DNA of 64,000 nucleotides from Patescibacteria group bacterium (GCA_041645215.1 JBAZQK010000007.1:8976-72975), one strand, 5' to 3'. Positions 28,423-38,753 are shown, counted from the first letter of the stretch. The notes: generated by a model from the letters alone, not told the origin. Translations and numbers: made by a program.

Positions 28423-30078
28423 CTAACTGCCCTTCCCAATATCAACGCCGCTATTAAGCTGGGCTACGGCCGCGGCCATAAAATCGCGGAATAAAGGATG
28501 CGGACGCAAGGGTCGGGATTGAAATTCCGGATGAAACTGCACCCCCACAAACCACGGATGGTCGCGGAGCTCCACAATCTCTACCAGGTGACCGTCGGGC
28601 GAAGTGCCGGAAATAACCAAGCCGACTTTTTCCAAGCGGACGCGATAAGCGTTATTGAATTCATAACGGTGGCGGTGGCGTTCGGAAATCTCGCTTTTAC
28701 CATAAGCCTCATAAGCTTTGGTACCCTTAAGCAAACGGCAGTCCCAGGCCCCCAACCGCATCGTCGCGCCATAATCCTTAGCTAACATTTTCTTTTCTTG
28801 GTCCGGCATTATATGGATAACCGGGTGTTTGGTTTTAGGATCAATTTCCGTGGAATTAGCATCGGCCATATCAGCTAAATGACGGGCGATTTCCACGGTA
28901 GCCAGTTGCATACCATAACACAACCCCAAAAAAGGCATACTATTCTCGCGGGCATACTTAATAGCCGCCACGATTCCTTCCGTCCCCCGCCCGCCAAAGC
29001 CGCCGGGTACCACCAACCCCGCCATATTTTTTAAATATTTTTCCGCGCCGTCAGCTTCTATTTTTTCCGAATCAACCCAATGTAATTTTGGTTTAACTCC
29101 ATTGGCCCAGCCGGCGTATTTAAGCGACTCTATCACTGATACGTAAACATCTGACAAAACATAATCGCCAGTTGCAAAGTATTTGCCCACAATGGCAATC
29201 GACACTTCCGGTTTATCGGTTTTGACAACTTCAGCCAACTTTTGCCAATCATTTAAATCTTTACCCTTGGGCTTAAGGCGAAACTTTTTTAAGACTCTAT
29301 CGGCAAAGGCTTGCTCGTCAAATTTTAAAGCCACGTCATAAACCGATTCCAAATCAGGATTGGAAATAATATCATCGCTGTCCATATTACAAAACAAAGC
29401 TAACCGCTCCTTGCGTTTGCGGTCAAGCGGTTTCTCGGCGCGGGCCACCAAAAAATCCGGCTGAATACCCATACTATTCAACAATCGGACTGACATCTGC
29501 ACTGGTTTGGATTTCATTTCACCGACGGTCGGCGGCGTTGGCAAATAAGCCACATGTACCTGTAACACACTGTCTTTATCGCGTAATTTCATAATACGCG
29601 ATGATTCATAATAAAAAATATTTTGGTATTCCCCGGCGGTTCCACCCAGCTCGATTATAACAATATCAGCCCGCGATTTGCGACCGGCATTTTTAACGCG
29701 CCGAATAATTTCATCGCATAAATGCGGGATAGCTTCCACATCCTCACCTTCATAACCAAAAGCTCGCTCCTTGTCTATCACCGTCTTATAAACCTGCCCC
29801 ATCGTTATAAAATTGTCGCCGGACAGCGGCAAATCCAAAAATCTTTCATAAGTCCCGATATCTTGGTCGGTCTCAAGGCCGTCATCACAGACAAATACTT
29901 CTCCGTGCTCCGTCGGCCGGATCGTGCCAGCGTCCACATTCAAATAATTCTCACACTTAACCGGACACACCCGATAACCTTTGCTCTGCAATAATTTAGC
30001 TAACGACGCCGCCGCTATCCCCTTGCCAACGGACGACATTACGCCGCCGGAAATAAAAATGTACTTGATTTTCGCCAT
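28423..30078 (-). CDS. pyrG: CTP synthase
   Basis: GGVMSSVGKG, KSKPVQ, GLCYGMQ, ERHRHRYE and QFHPE motifs. Start MAKIKY. Confidence 0.98.
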   Translation of the reverse strand: MAKIKYIFISGGVMSSVGKGIAAASLAKLLQSKGYRVCPVKCENYLNVDAGTIRPTEHGEVFVCDDGLETDQDIGTYERFLDLPLSGDNFITMGQVYKTVIDKERAFGYEGEDVEAIPHLCDEIIRRVKNAGRKSRADIVIIELGGTAGEYQNIFYYESSRIMKLRDKDSVLQVHVAYLPTPPTVGEMKSKPVQMSVRLLNSMGIQPDFLVARAEKPLDRKRKERLALFCNMDSDDIISNPDLESVYDVALKFDEQAFADRVLKKFRLKPKGKDLNDWQKLAEVVKTDKPEVSIAIVGKYFATGDYVLSDVYVSVIESLKYAGWANGVKPKLHWVDSEKIEADGAEKYLKNMAGLVVPGGFGGRGTEGIVAAIKYARENSMPFLGLCYGMQLATVEIARHLADMADANSTEIDPKTKHPVIHIMPDQEKKMLAKDYGATMRLGAWDCRLLKGTKAYEAYGKSEISERHRHRYEFNNAYRVRLEKVGLVISGTSPDGHLVEIVELRDHPWFVGVQFHPEFQSRPLRPHPLFRDFMAAAVAQLNSGVDIGKGS

Positions 30079-30079
30079 A

Positions 30080-30469
30080 CCCAGTATATCAACTTGGCTT
30101 AACCACCTCAGCACGAGCGTGGTTAGACAAGAATAAATGATTAAATGATTTTAGAAAAGACATAAAGTTATAATAGCTGGTGGTTAGGGCGAGTGCTAGC
30201 CAAGTTGTATTACTGGGCATACCCAGTATATCAACCCCGTAGAATCACGGCGGATACATCGATCAACCGTAATGTCCGGATTAATTGTAAGTAATTTGCG
30301 ATTTTCATAAATATTGATTGTCCGCCGTAACTCTACGGGGTCAACTTGGCTTAACCACCTCAGCACGAGCGTGGTTAGACAAGAATAAATGATTAAATGA
30401 TTTTAGAAAAGACATAAAGTTATAATAGCTGGTGGTTAGGGCGAGTGCTAGCCAAGTTGTATTACTGGG
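30080..30469 (-). mobile_element. tandem pair of 138-bp CCCAGTA-TIR elements; the second holds a nested 106-bp CCCCGTAGA element
   Basis: CATA at 30076, 30218 and 30470 separates and flanks the copies. Nested element 30235-30340 has TIRs CCCCGTAGA..ACGGCGGA and a TCAA duplication. Confidence 0.9.
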
Positions 30470-30482
30470 CATAATAAAAAAA

Positions 30483-30929
30483 TCAACTGGCTTTAATATT
30501 TATCAATAAATTAACGGCTAGATCGCGATGCAACTGGATAGCAATAGTATGACGGCCGACGGTTTTTAAAGGCGCTGTTAATAAAATAGATTTTGGTTGC
30601 GCTTTAAATTGTTTTTTAGCCAGCGCGGCCGCGATATCGGCGCGAGTCACACTGGCATACAGCTTGCCCGAATCAGCCGCGCGGGCGTTTATTTCAATTT
30701 CCCCCATGCCTAACAGTACCGCCGCCGCCGACTGGGCTTGTTTTAAGCTATCAACCGCCAATTTAGCCGGCGTGGCGGCCTGGATTTTAATATTGGCAAG
30801 CGCTTTAGCTGTCGCCGGAATTGCCTCCCGACGCGGCAACAGATAGTTAATGGCATAACCATCACTAACTTCCTTAACCTCATTAGTATAGCCGTTACCC
30901 GGTATAGCCTTTAATAATATAACTTTCAT
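30483..30929 (-). CDS. rplI: 50S ribosomal protein L9
   Basis: MKVILL, VSDGYAINYLLP and GKLYASV motifs. Confidence 0.95.
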   Translation of the reverse strand: MKVILLKAIPGNGYTNEVKEVSDGYAINYLLPRREAIPATAKALANIKIQAATPAKLAVDSLKQAQSAAAVLLGMGEIEINARAADSGKLYASVTRADIAAALAKKQFKAQPKSILLTAPLKTVGRHTIAIQLHRDLAVNLLINIKAS

Positions 30930-31234
30930 AAAAACCAGCTGTTAGAATATCTTATTTTAAAATTTTTATCATACCTTAACGATTGCGCGGCGGCAGTAAC
31001 ACTTTTAACTATTGATAAACCAGGACTAGTTTTGAGCCAATCTATAAAATTATCCACTTGCCTCTGTTCACCCTCAATTTCCACGCTTAAACAATCGCGC
31101 GCCATTTCATTCTTTACCCACCCTACTAGTTGCAAAAGCTCAGCTTGCTTTTTTATTTGCCATCTTAAATCTACTCCCTGCACTTGTCCGTAGACTGTTA
31201 AACGCCGTCGTTGCTCGGGCATAACATTCGCCAT
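30926..31234 (-). CDS. acyP: acylphosphatase
   Basis: VYGQVQGVDLR and GWVKN, with catalytic Arg and Asn retained. Confidence 0.88.
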   Translation of the reverse strand: MANVMPEQRRRLTVYGQVQGVDLRWQIKKQAELLQLVGWVKNEMARDCLSVEIEGEQRQVDNFIDWLKTSPGLSIVKSVTAAAQSLRYDKNFKIRYSNSWFL

Positions 31235-31254
31235 TCATCAGCTAAATTATGATT

Positions 31255-32517
31255 TTATAAATTACTCAACAGCTCCAACGCCCGCTCCAACTGTTCGTCT
31301 TTAGGAGCGGTGCTATCGTCATTATTCTTGATTTCGATATCAGGTTTTAACCCATTTTTATCAATTGACCGACCCAGCGGCGTTAACCATTTAGCAATGG
31401 TCAGCTTGACCGCCGAACCATCAGGAAAATCCTGCAAATTCTGCACCGACCCCTTGCCAAAAGTTTGTTCGCCGACAATGGTGGCCAGTTTATAATCCTG
31501 CAAAGCGCCGGTAACAATTTCCGCGGCCGAGGCTGAACCGCGATTAACTAATACGACAGTGGGAATTTTACTTAGTTCACCCTGGCCGGCGCTATTGTAA
31601 TTGCGAATCTCATTTCCAGCCATTTGCTCCTTAACCACGACACCGTCTTTTACCCAGTGTCCGGCAATATCAATTGCCTGATCAAGAAATCCGCCCGGAT
31701 CGTTACGCAGGTCAAAAATTATCCCCCGCGGAGCTTTAGCGGCTAATTCCTGCCACGCCGCCGCAAACAATTTGTTGGCATTATTGGAAAAATGCGCCAG
31801 CTTGATATAAGCCGCCTGGCCTTGATTATTGGGTAAATTTTTAAGCTCACTCTGCACAATCTGTATTACAATTCTATCACGTACTATTTCCACAGTCTGG
31901 GGTTCAACTTTCCCTTCCGACAAAACCATTAATTTAACTTTGGTGCCGCGCTGACCGCGAATTAAACTGACCGCGTAATCTACCGCCATACCGGTCGTAT
32001 CAATATCGTCAATCCCTAATAACTTATCGCCAGCCTTTAACCCGGCGCGCTCAGCCGGAGTTTTAGGTAAGGGGGCAATTATAACCAATCGATTGTCTTT
32101 AATGCCGATTTCGGCGCCAATGCCGTCAAAACTGCCTTCCAACTCATCGGCAAATTTTTTAGCCGTGTCCGGATCCATAAAAATTGAGTACGGGTCATTT
32201 AGTCCGGACACCATTCCCCCCAACGAACCGTAGAATAACTTGGTATCACTAATCTGCCTTTCATAATAGTTATCATGCACATACTTCCATATCTTCCAAA
32301 ACAAGGAAAAATCAACATCCTTGCTTAAATATTCGGGCGCGGCTTGATTAAGGCCGGTGACTTTGCCGGCAATATTGACCAAACGACCGGTTTTAATCTG
32401 TCCGCCCAAGCCTAACCCCAAAATAAACGCCACCATAACAAAAACAACGACTAGTTTGATTGGTACTAGTCTTTTTACGGCTGACGCCAAATAACGCGAC
32501 CACGAATTCAAATTCAT
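31255..32517 (-). CDS. ctpA: carboxyl-terminal processing protease (S41A, PDZ)
   Basis: GIGAEI, DLRNDPGG, SASAAEI and TFGKGSVQ motifs. Confidence 0.93.
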   Translation of the reverse strand: MNLNSWSRYLASAVKRLVPIKLVVVFVMVAFILGLGLGGQIKTGRLVNIAGKVTGLNQAAPEYLSKDVDFSLFWKIWKYVHDNYYERQISDTKLFYGSLGGMVSGLNDPYSIFMDPDTAKKFADELEGSFDGIGAEIGIKDNRLVIIAPLPKTPAERAGLKAGDKLLGIDDIDTTGMAVDYAVSLIRGQRGTKVKLMVLSEGKVEPQTVEIVRDRIVIQIVQSELKNLPNNQGQAAYIKLAHFSNNANKLFAAAWQELAAKAPRGIIFDLRNDPGGFLDQAIDIAGHWVKDGVVVKEQMAGNEIRNYNSAGQGELSKIPTVVLVNRGSASAAEIVTGALQDYKLATIVGEQTFGKGSVQNLQDFPDGSAVKLTIAKWLTPLGRSIDKNGLKPDIEIKNNDDSTAPKDEQLERALELLSNL

Positions 32518-32565
32518 ATTAAATTACTCTAGAAGTTTAACATGAGGCTGGGGGTAAGGTCAAAA

Positions 32566-33816
32566 CTAGATTCGTTTAATCCGTGCCCCGAGCGCGGCTA
32601 GGCGGCCATCCAAATTGGCATAGCCGCGATCAATAATTTCAACGTCATTAATAATTGTCTCGCCGGCCGCGATTAAACCGGCGATAATTAAAGTTGCCCC
32701 GGCTCGCAAATCAAACGACCTAATCTCGCGCCCATAGAGCGGAGTTGGTCCGTTTATCATTACGCGGTGCGGGTCGGCAATTAAGGTATTAGCTCCCATT
32801 TTGGCCAGTTCGGCAATATGATTCATACGACCCTCATACAACGGATCATGAATTAGCGAAGCGCCCATCGCTTGAGTGGCTAAGACCGCAAAGGGAGCTT
32901 GCAAATCAGTGGGAAATCCCGGATACGGCAGGGTTTGCAAACGAAATGATTTTAATTGCCGACTGGCGCGCACAATCATGGTTTGGCCTTTAATTTCCCA
33001 ATCAACCCCGATCTCTTTTAGTTTATATAAGACTAAGTCCATAGCCTCGGGTATAACCGGCCAAATTTCAATCTTCCCCCGCCCGACTGCCCCTAACACA
33101 GCCCAGGTTCCGGCCTCAATTAAATCAGGTATAATCTCATGAGTCGTCCCATGCAACTCACTAACGCCATCAATGCGCAAACGATGAGTGCCAATACCTT
33201 CAATTCGGGCGCCCATTTTATTCAAAAAATTGCATAGATCTTGAACATGCGGCTCGGCCGCGGCCAACTCAATAATCGTAGTGCCATGAGCCAACACCGC
33301 CGCCATAATCAAATTCTCGGTGGCGGTTACGGAAAATTCCGGCAATATAACATGCGCCCCGGTTAAGTGATTCGCCTTTAAATAGTAAGAGTCGCGCCTG
33401 GCCTCAACCATTGCCCCCAACTGGCTTAACCCCTGCAAATGAGCGGTCAGCGGCCGATTGCCAATTATGCATCCGCCCGGCTCCGGTAACTCAACCTCGC
33501 CCCAGCGAGCCAATAAAGGCCCGAACATCAAAACCGACGACCTCATGCTTTTAACCAAAGGTTTGTCCAAACCCTGTGGCTCAATCGTTTTAGCTTCAAT
33601 CCTAACCACATCCCCTTGTCGCTCAACTTTGGCGCCTAAACCCTTTATTAAATCCAACATTTTAGCGACATCAGAAATCGCCGGCACGCGTTTTAATTCA
33701 ACGGTATCGCGCGTCAGCAGGCAAGCTGCCAAAATGGGCGTCGTGGCGTTTTTGGCGCCCGGCACGGTAATTTGTCCTTGCAAAACCGCTCCGCCTTCTA
33801 TTAAAAATTTACCCAT
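32566..33816 (-). CDS. murA: UDP-N-acetylglucosamine 1-carboxyvinyltransferase
   Basis: GAKNA, PGGCIIGNRP, PGFPTDLQ and DLRAG motifs. Start MGKFLIEGG. Confidence 0.97.
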   Translation of the reverse strand: MGKFLIEGGAVLQGQITVPGAKNATTPILAACLLTRDTVELKRVPAISDVAKMLDLIKGLGAKVERQGDVVRIEAKTIEPQGLDKPLVKSMRSSVLMFGPLLARWGEVELPEPGGCIIGNRPLTAHLQGLSQLGAMVEARRDSYYLKANHLTGAHVILPEFSVTATENLIMAAVLAHGTTIIELAAAEPHVQDLCNFLNKMGARIEGIGTHRLRIDGVSELHGTTHEIIPDLIEAGTWAVLGAVGRGKIEIWPVIPEAMDLVLYKLKEIGVDWEIKGQTMIVRASRQLKSFRLQTLPYPGFPTDLQAPFAVLATQAMGASLIHDPLYEGRMNHIAELAKMGANTLIADPHRVMINGPTPLYGREIRSFDLRAGATLIIAGLIAAGETIINDVEIIDRGYANLDGRLAALGARIKRI

Positions 33817-33827
33817 GTTAATATATA

Positions 33828-33986
33828 ATGAATGGAACCAACGGGTAACCCCGTGGTACATAGAGCTAATGATACGAGTGGGGCGACCTGTGAACCAGAA
33901 CAAGTTCAATTCACGGCCTGCATCCCGCAGTGGGCGGGATGCACCCTCATTCACCCGAAGAGTAAACCCTCCAGTACTCAGCGGCT
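33828..33986 (-). mobile_element. IS200/IS605-type miniature element in the murA leader (right boundary approximate)
   Basis: Starts ATGAA on the + strand (TTCAT end on the - strand); ACGGG-TAAC-CCCGT and TGCATCCCGC/GCGGGATGCA hairpins. Confidence 0.55.
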
Positions 33987-34064
33987 TTATAGATTTTAAT
34001 CCAACCTTAACTTGTTAATTATAATTAAGGTCTTCATTATTGACAAGTGTAATAAATTTTTGTA

Positions 34065-35417
34065 ATGAATTTGTTTATCCGACGGCTAATTTATCTGTCT
34101 TTTTTCGCGGTTTTTTTTATTGCCACCACGACGCTGATACTTTATTTACAGGGCTGGCGCTATAACGCTGACCTGCGCAAAATCGTTAGAACCGGCGCTA
34201 TTATGATTGATACAGAACCGACTGATGTCAGGGTGTACCTAAATAACAAATTAAACAGCGCCACCGCGCCAAACACCGTCGGTTCGTTGGCGCCGCAAAA
34301 TTATGACGTGCGCTTGGAAGCCGATGGTTACCAAACTTGGCGCAAACAACTAAGCGTAAAACCATCAACTGTTACTTTTACCGGACCGCTTCATTTATGG
34401 CCTAATCAAGCAGAAGGCAATATTATAGTCTTGGGTAAAATTAAATTAAGCGAATTATCGCCCAACCGCGAAAATTTGCTTTATAACATTGAATCAGGTT
34501 TGAATGCCGGCTTGTGGGTTATTAACTTGACATCCGGCAAATCAGTTTTATTGGATCGTTCCGCCAGCCGTAAATTCGAAAAAATAGAGTGGTCGCCTTC
34601 CAGTCATTTATTCCTGGCCAAGACCACAGTCGCTTCCTCGCGCAGTTGGGAAATATTTGATCTCGCCTTAAAAACCTGGCAAAAACTGAATCTGCCAACT
34701 GCTGTAAAAATCACCTCAGTCCATTGGGGAGAAAGTAATGATAATATTTATTTTTCCACCACTGACGAATTATATTTGTTTAACCGTACCACTAACGCTG
34801 CCAAATTAGTCTGGCGCGAGCGACTGCTCGACTTCCGCGTTAATGACGGTTTAGTTTTTGGCCTTAGTGGCAACGCCACCAGCTCTATAATAATCAAGCT
34901 GCTTAACCTGGCGAGCCTGCAAACTATCCTGCTGGAACAGCCAGCCGCCCTCTCCAACAATTTGGAGTTTGGACCGGCCGGCCAGAATTGGCTGCCGCTG
35001 TTCGACCGCGACCGCCATAGTTTATATCTACTCCACTCGCCGTTTTCGGAAATCAATCCAATTCGCCGTTTACCCGAAGTCACCTCCCTTGATTGGTCGC
35101 TTGATTACAAACACCTGTTAATAAACAACAATATTGAAGTCTGGGATTATGATATCGCCCAGGATAAAACAAATTTTATTGTCCGCCTTAGCACGCCCAT
35201 CAGCCAAACCCGCTATTATATCGACCAGCCCTATATTATTATGGCGATTGATAAAGAAATTTGGGCAATGGAGCTTGATTCCCGAGATATTCAACAGCGC
35301 TGGCTGCTCGCCCAATACAATCAACCGGTTCAAGATATTTATTTGGAACAGCTTGGTAAAACTTTAATTGTTACGACGGCCGAAAAAATCTATTCCCTTA
35401 ATTTGATGACGCCGTAG
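34065..35417 (+). CDS. membrane-anchored PEGA-domain / beta-propeller protein
   Basis: N-terminal TM helix; TGAIMIDTEP...GYQTW PEGA pattern; repeated SP/WS blade motifs. Confidence 0.8.
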   Translation: MNLFIRRLIYLSFFAVFFIATTTLILYLQGWRYNADLRKIVRTGAIMIDTEPTDVRVYLNNKLNSATAPNTVGSLAPQNYDVRLEADGYQTWRKQLSVKPSTVTFTGPLHLWPNQAEGNIIVLGKIKLSELSPNRENLLYNIESGLNAGLWVINLTSGKSVLLDRSASRKFEKIEWSPSSHLFLAKTTVASSRSWEIFDLALKTWQKLNLPTAVKITSVHWGESNDNIYFSTTDELYLFNRTTNAAKLVWRERLLDFRVNDGLVFGLSGNATSSIIIKLLNLASLQTILLEQPAALSNNLEFGPAGQNWLPLFDRDRHSLYLLHSPFSEINPIRRLPEVTSLDWSLDYKHLLINNNIEVWDYDIAQDKTNFIVRLSTPISQTRYYIDQPYIIMAIDKEIWAMELDSRDIQQRWLLAQYNQPVQDIYLEQLGKTLIVTTAEKIYSLNLMTP

Positions 35418-36120
35418 CTTTCTTGGCCGCCAACAAATTGGCTCTGAGCAAAGAATCAAAGGTGCCGGCATCAATCCATTCGCCCTTAACTAAGTCAACG
35501 GCCAGCTCGCCGCGCTGTAAATACCAATTATGCAATTCCGTAATTTCAAGCTCGCCCCGAACTGATGGTTTGACTCCTTTGGCAATCTCCACTACCCGGT
35601 TGTCGTAAAGATACAAACCGGTGATTGCAAAATTGGATAAAAATTCCTTAGGCTTCTCCGCAATTTTAATCGCTTTCATATTAGCGTCAAATTTGACAAC
35701 TCCAAAACGCTCCGGATCGGGCACCTCTTTAGCAAAGATATGCGCCCCTGACTTAAAATCTTTAATCGTGTCAGAAAAATCATCTTCAAAAATATTATCA
35801 CCCAAAATCATACAAACATTGTCCTGGCCGATAAAGTGCTCGCCAATTATAAAAGCTTGCGCCAAACCTTCAGGTTTATCTTGAATCTCATAAGTAAACT
35901 TAGCAGCAAACTCTTTACCAGAACCTAAGAGATGCAAAAAATCGCCAGCGTGGTCTGGCGCCACAATAATTAGAATATCCCGAATATCAGCCTTTAATAA
36001 TGTTTCCAAGGGATACATTATCATCGGCTTATTATAAATGGGAAGGAGCTGCTTGCTGGTTACTCTGGTCAGCGGCCGCAAACGCGTAGCCTCGCCGCCG
36101 GCTAAAATTATGCCTTTCAT
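35398..36120 (-). CDS. rfbA: glucose-1-phosphate thymidylyltransferase (short form)
   Basis: ILAGGEATRLRP, SKQLLPIY, LGDNIF and WIDAGT motifs. Confidence 0.92.
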   Translation of the reverse strand: MKGIILAGGEATRLRPLTRVTSKQLLPIYNKPMIMYPLETLLKADIRDILIIVAPDHAGDFLHLLGSGKEFAAKFTYEIQDKPEGLAQAFIIGEHFIGQDNVCMILGDNIFEDDFSDTIKDFKSGAHIFAKEVPDPERFGVVKFDANMKAIKIAEKPKEFLSNFAITGLYLYDNRVVEIAKGVKPSVRGELEITELHNWYLQRGELAVDLVKGEWIDAGTFDSLLRANLLAAKKATASSN

Positions 36121-36986
36121 GGCGTGAGAATATTTAAATAATCTGCTAAGGCCTCAGACCAAGGTCTAAGGCGCGGAAATTTAGTATTAATTAACACCGC
36201 TCGGACTGGTCGTTTCACACCATTATTATACTTGTCTGATTTAATTGGCACAAGTGGAGTAGAAATATTTTTTAAGCGAAATACTTCACGGGCGACATCA
36301 AACCAAGTCGCCGGTTGTTCATTCACCAAATGATAAATACCCGGCGCATAATCGCCGACAATCAACTGCCGTACGGCCTTGGCCAAATCCCGGGTATAAG
36401 TCGGCTTGCCAAATTGATCATTAACCACTTTTACCTCTGATTGTTCAGCAACAAGTTTCAATACTGTGTCAACAAAATTAAGCCCGCGCGGCTTACCGCG
36501 CTGCGGCGCGTGACCATACAGCCATGAGGTACGCACCAAATAGCCTTGATTATAGTCAATGACAAACTTTTCACCGGCCGCCTTGGATTCGCCATAAACA
36601 TTTAAGGGATTAGACCGGGCCAACTCGTCGTAACCTTGCTCGCTAGCGCCGTCAAACACATATTCTGTGGAAAAATGAACTAATTTAGCCTCCACCGCGC
36701 CGGCCGCTTCGGCCAGATGTTTAACCGCCTCGCTGTTAAGTTTAAACGCCGGTTCGCGATTTAGTTCCGCGCCGGCCACATCAGTATAACCAGTCGCATT
36801 TATGATGATTGTTGGCAACAACTTTTTTATTTGTAGCTTTAAAGACTGCTCGTTTGTGACATCTAACTCTTCTTTATCCAACAAAAATAACTCTGCTTGA
36901 CCTTGAAACTCAGGCGCTAAATCAGTCCCCAACATTCCCCGCGCGCCCAAAATAAGAATTTTTGAATTGGCAGTCTGCTCGTCCAT
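36117..36986 (-). CDS. rfbD: dTDP-4-dehydrorhamnose reductase
   Basis: GARGMLG, STEYVFDG, YGESK, RTSWLY and VNDQFGKPT motifs. Confidence 0.92.
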   Translation of the reverse strand: MDEQTANSKILILGARGMLGTDLAPEFQGQAELFLLDKEELDVTNEQSLKLQIKKLLPTIIINATGYTDVAGAELNREPAFKLNSEAVKHLAEAAGAVEAKLVHFSTEYVFDGASEQGYDELARSNPLNVYGESKAAGEKFVIDYNQGYLVRTSWLYGHAPQRGKPRGLNFVDTVLKLVAEQSEVKVVNDQFGKPTYTRDLAKAVRQLIVGDYAPGIYHLVNEQPATWFDVAREVFRLKNISTPLVPIKSDKYNNGVKRPVRAVLINTKFPRLRPWSEALADYLNILTP

Positions 36987-36988
36987 AA

Positions 36989-37328
36989 TTATTTTTTCTC
37001 CCACCTATTCTGGTCTCGTCCATAATACTTAGCCATAACGCGGCCAAAGGCTTTATCTAAATCAACCTTCATAGAATTGGCCATGGCCACAACTGTAAAA
37101 ATAATATCAGCCAGTTAAAGCGGCTAATTCAGTTTCAGTCTCATTAACCTTTTTCTTCTTGGGACCATAGCGGTGATTAATTTCCCGCGCCAATTCACCT
37201 ATTTCTTCAATGAGCCGCGCCAGTTGCACATGCGGCGGCCAATAGCCTTCCCGGTACTGCTTAACCCAATCATCTACTGTTTGTTGCGCTAATTTAATTG
37301 TCAGTTGTAACTTTTTTGAATTCTTCAT
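36989..37328 (-). pseudogene. MazG-like nucleotide pyrophosphohydrolase (B. subtilis YpjD-like), frameshifted near 37115
   Basis: Frame 1 reads ...EGYWPPHVQLARLIEEIGELAREINHRYGPKKKK...ELAA. The +1 frame continues LADIIFTVVAMANSMKVDLDKAFGRVMAKYYGRDQNRWEKK*. Confidence 0.85.
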
Positions 37329-37695
37329 AATCTACTATATAATCAAGGCGTTCGGGATTGTAATTGGTGGATGATAAAGCCACGAGTACGCAATCCGGAG
37401 AAAAATCTTTAAAATGATGCCAGATATAAACGCCAACATAAATGGCGTCGCCTGGCTGCAAATTAATGTCCCGTCGGCCGGAACCATCATCTATTTCCGC
37501 CGTTACCTCGCCCTGAAAACAAATAAAACATTCCTGCTCAAGTTTATGAGCGTGCTGGCCAGTTGGTTTAACCGCATTGGTAACGGCGTAAACGCGTTTA
37601 ATGGGAAAATCAATCTGCTCCTCAACTTCCAGTGGAATCAATGAAAAGCGGTCATCAGTATGAACTGGTAAGGTAAAAATCTTAAATAACCCCAT
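37294..37695 (-). CDS. FdtA/QdtA-family cupin (dTDP-sugar 3,4-ketoisomerase-like)
   Basis: FPIKRVY, GQHAH, WHHFKDFS and DYIVDYEEF motifs. Confidence 0.88.
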   Translation of the reverse strand: MGLFKIFTLPVHTDDRFSLIPLEVEEQIDFPIKRVYAVTNAVKPTGQHAHKLEQECFICFQGEVTAEIDDGSGRRDINLQPGDAIYVGVYIWHHFKDFSPDCVLVALSSTNYNPERLDYIVDYEEFKKVTTDN

Positions 37696-37698
37696 ATT

Positions 37699-38703
37699 TT
37701 ACAAGATATGTGTATTAATAGCCGCCTGACGTTCCTCTATGCGTTTTACCCAATCAGTATGCTCTTGGTACCACTTAATAGTTTCACGTATGGCTGTAGC
37801 AAATATATATTTAGGCTGCCAACCAAGCTCACGTTCAATTTTGCTGGCATTTATGGCGTAACGCCGGTCGTGGCCAGGCCTATCAGCCACAAAAGTAATC
37901 AAACTTTCCGGTTTACCAAGTTCGGCTAAAGTTATTTTAGCAATTTCTAAATTAGACATTTCATTATTGCCGCCGATATTATAAACTTCGCCGGCCACGC
38001 CCTTATGCAGAATTAAATCAATGGCCTCGCAATGATCAAGCACATACAACCAATCGCGTACGTTCAAACCGTCGCCATACAAAGGTACCGGCTGATCTTT
38101 AAGCGCCCGAAAAATAAAATAAGGAATTAGTTTTTCGGGAAATTGATACGGACCGTAATTGTTGGAACAATGGCTTACTACTACCGGCGTGCCAAAGGTT
38201 TTATAAGCCGCCCGGCACAACAGGTCACCGCCAGCCTTAGCGGCCGCGTAAGGCGCATTAGGCTGGAATGGAGTTTCTTCAGTAAATTGTCTGTCGTCAT
38301 CCAGCTCTAATGAACCATAAACTTCATCAGTTGAAATTTGTACTATTTTTTTTACGTCATAACGTCTGGCCGCGTCCAGCAAGATTTGCACGCCCAAAGT
38401 ATTAGTAACTACAAAATCCCGCGCGCCCATATGAATACTGCGGTCCACATGAGTCTCGGCGGCAAAATTAACAATCGCGTCACAACCTTCAGCCAAAACC
38501 TCTTCAACCTTGGCCGCGTCAGCTATATCACCCTGAACAAATTTATAGTTCGGCTTATCGGCCCAATCAACCAAATTATCCAGGTTGCCGGCATAAGTAA
38601 GCTTATCAAAGTTGGTCACCTGATAAGACGGATATTTGTTTAAAATATGGCGCACGAAATTTGAGCCGATAAATCCCGCGCCGCCGGTAACTAATAATTT
38701 CAT
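37699..38703 (-). CDS. rfbB: dTDP-glucose 4,6-dehydratase
   Basis: [36 protein letters not shown] and DRPGHDRRYA motifs. Confidence 0.97.
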   Translation of the reverse strand: MKLLVTGGAGFIGSNFVRHILNKYPSYQVTNFDKLTYAGNLDNLVDWADKPNYKFVQGDIADAAKVEEVLAEGCDAIVNFAAETHVDRSIHMGARDFVVTNTLGVQILLDAARRYDVKKIVQISTDEVYGSLELDDDRQFTEETPFQPNAPYAAAKAGGDLLCRAAYKTFGTPVVVSHCSNNYGPYQFPEKLIPYFIFRALKDQPVPLYGDGLNVRDWLYVLDHCEAIDLILHKGVAGEVYNIGGNNEMSNLEIAKITLAELGKPESLITFVADRPGHDRRYAINASKIERELGWQPKYIFATAIRETIKWYQEHTDWVKRIEERQAAINTHIL

Positions 38704-38753
38704 AAAATTATAACTATTCTCCCATTTCCGCCAAAGGCGGACAGGCGTACGAA

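Noticed and set aside
37105-37125. prfB-like programmed +1 frameshift at CTT TAA
   Set aside because: CTT TAA is in the destination frame, not the initiating frame, and shifting would not restore the conserved Glu.
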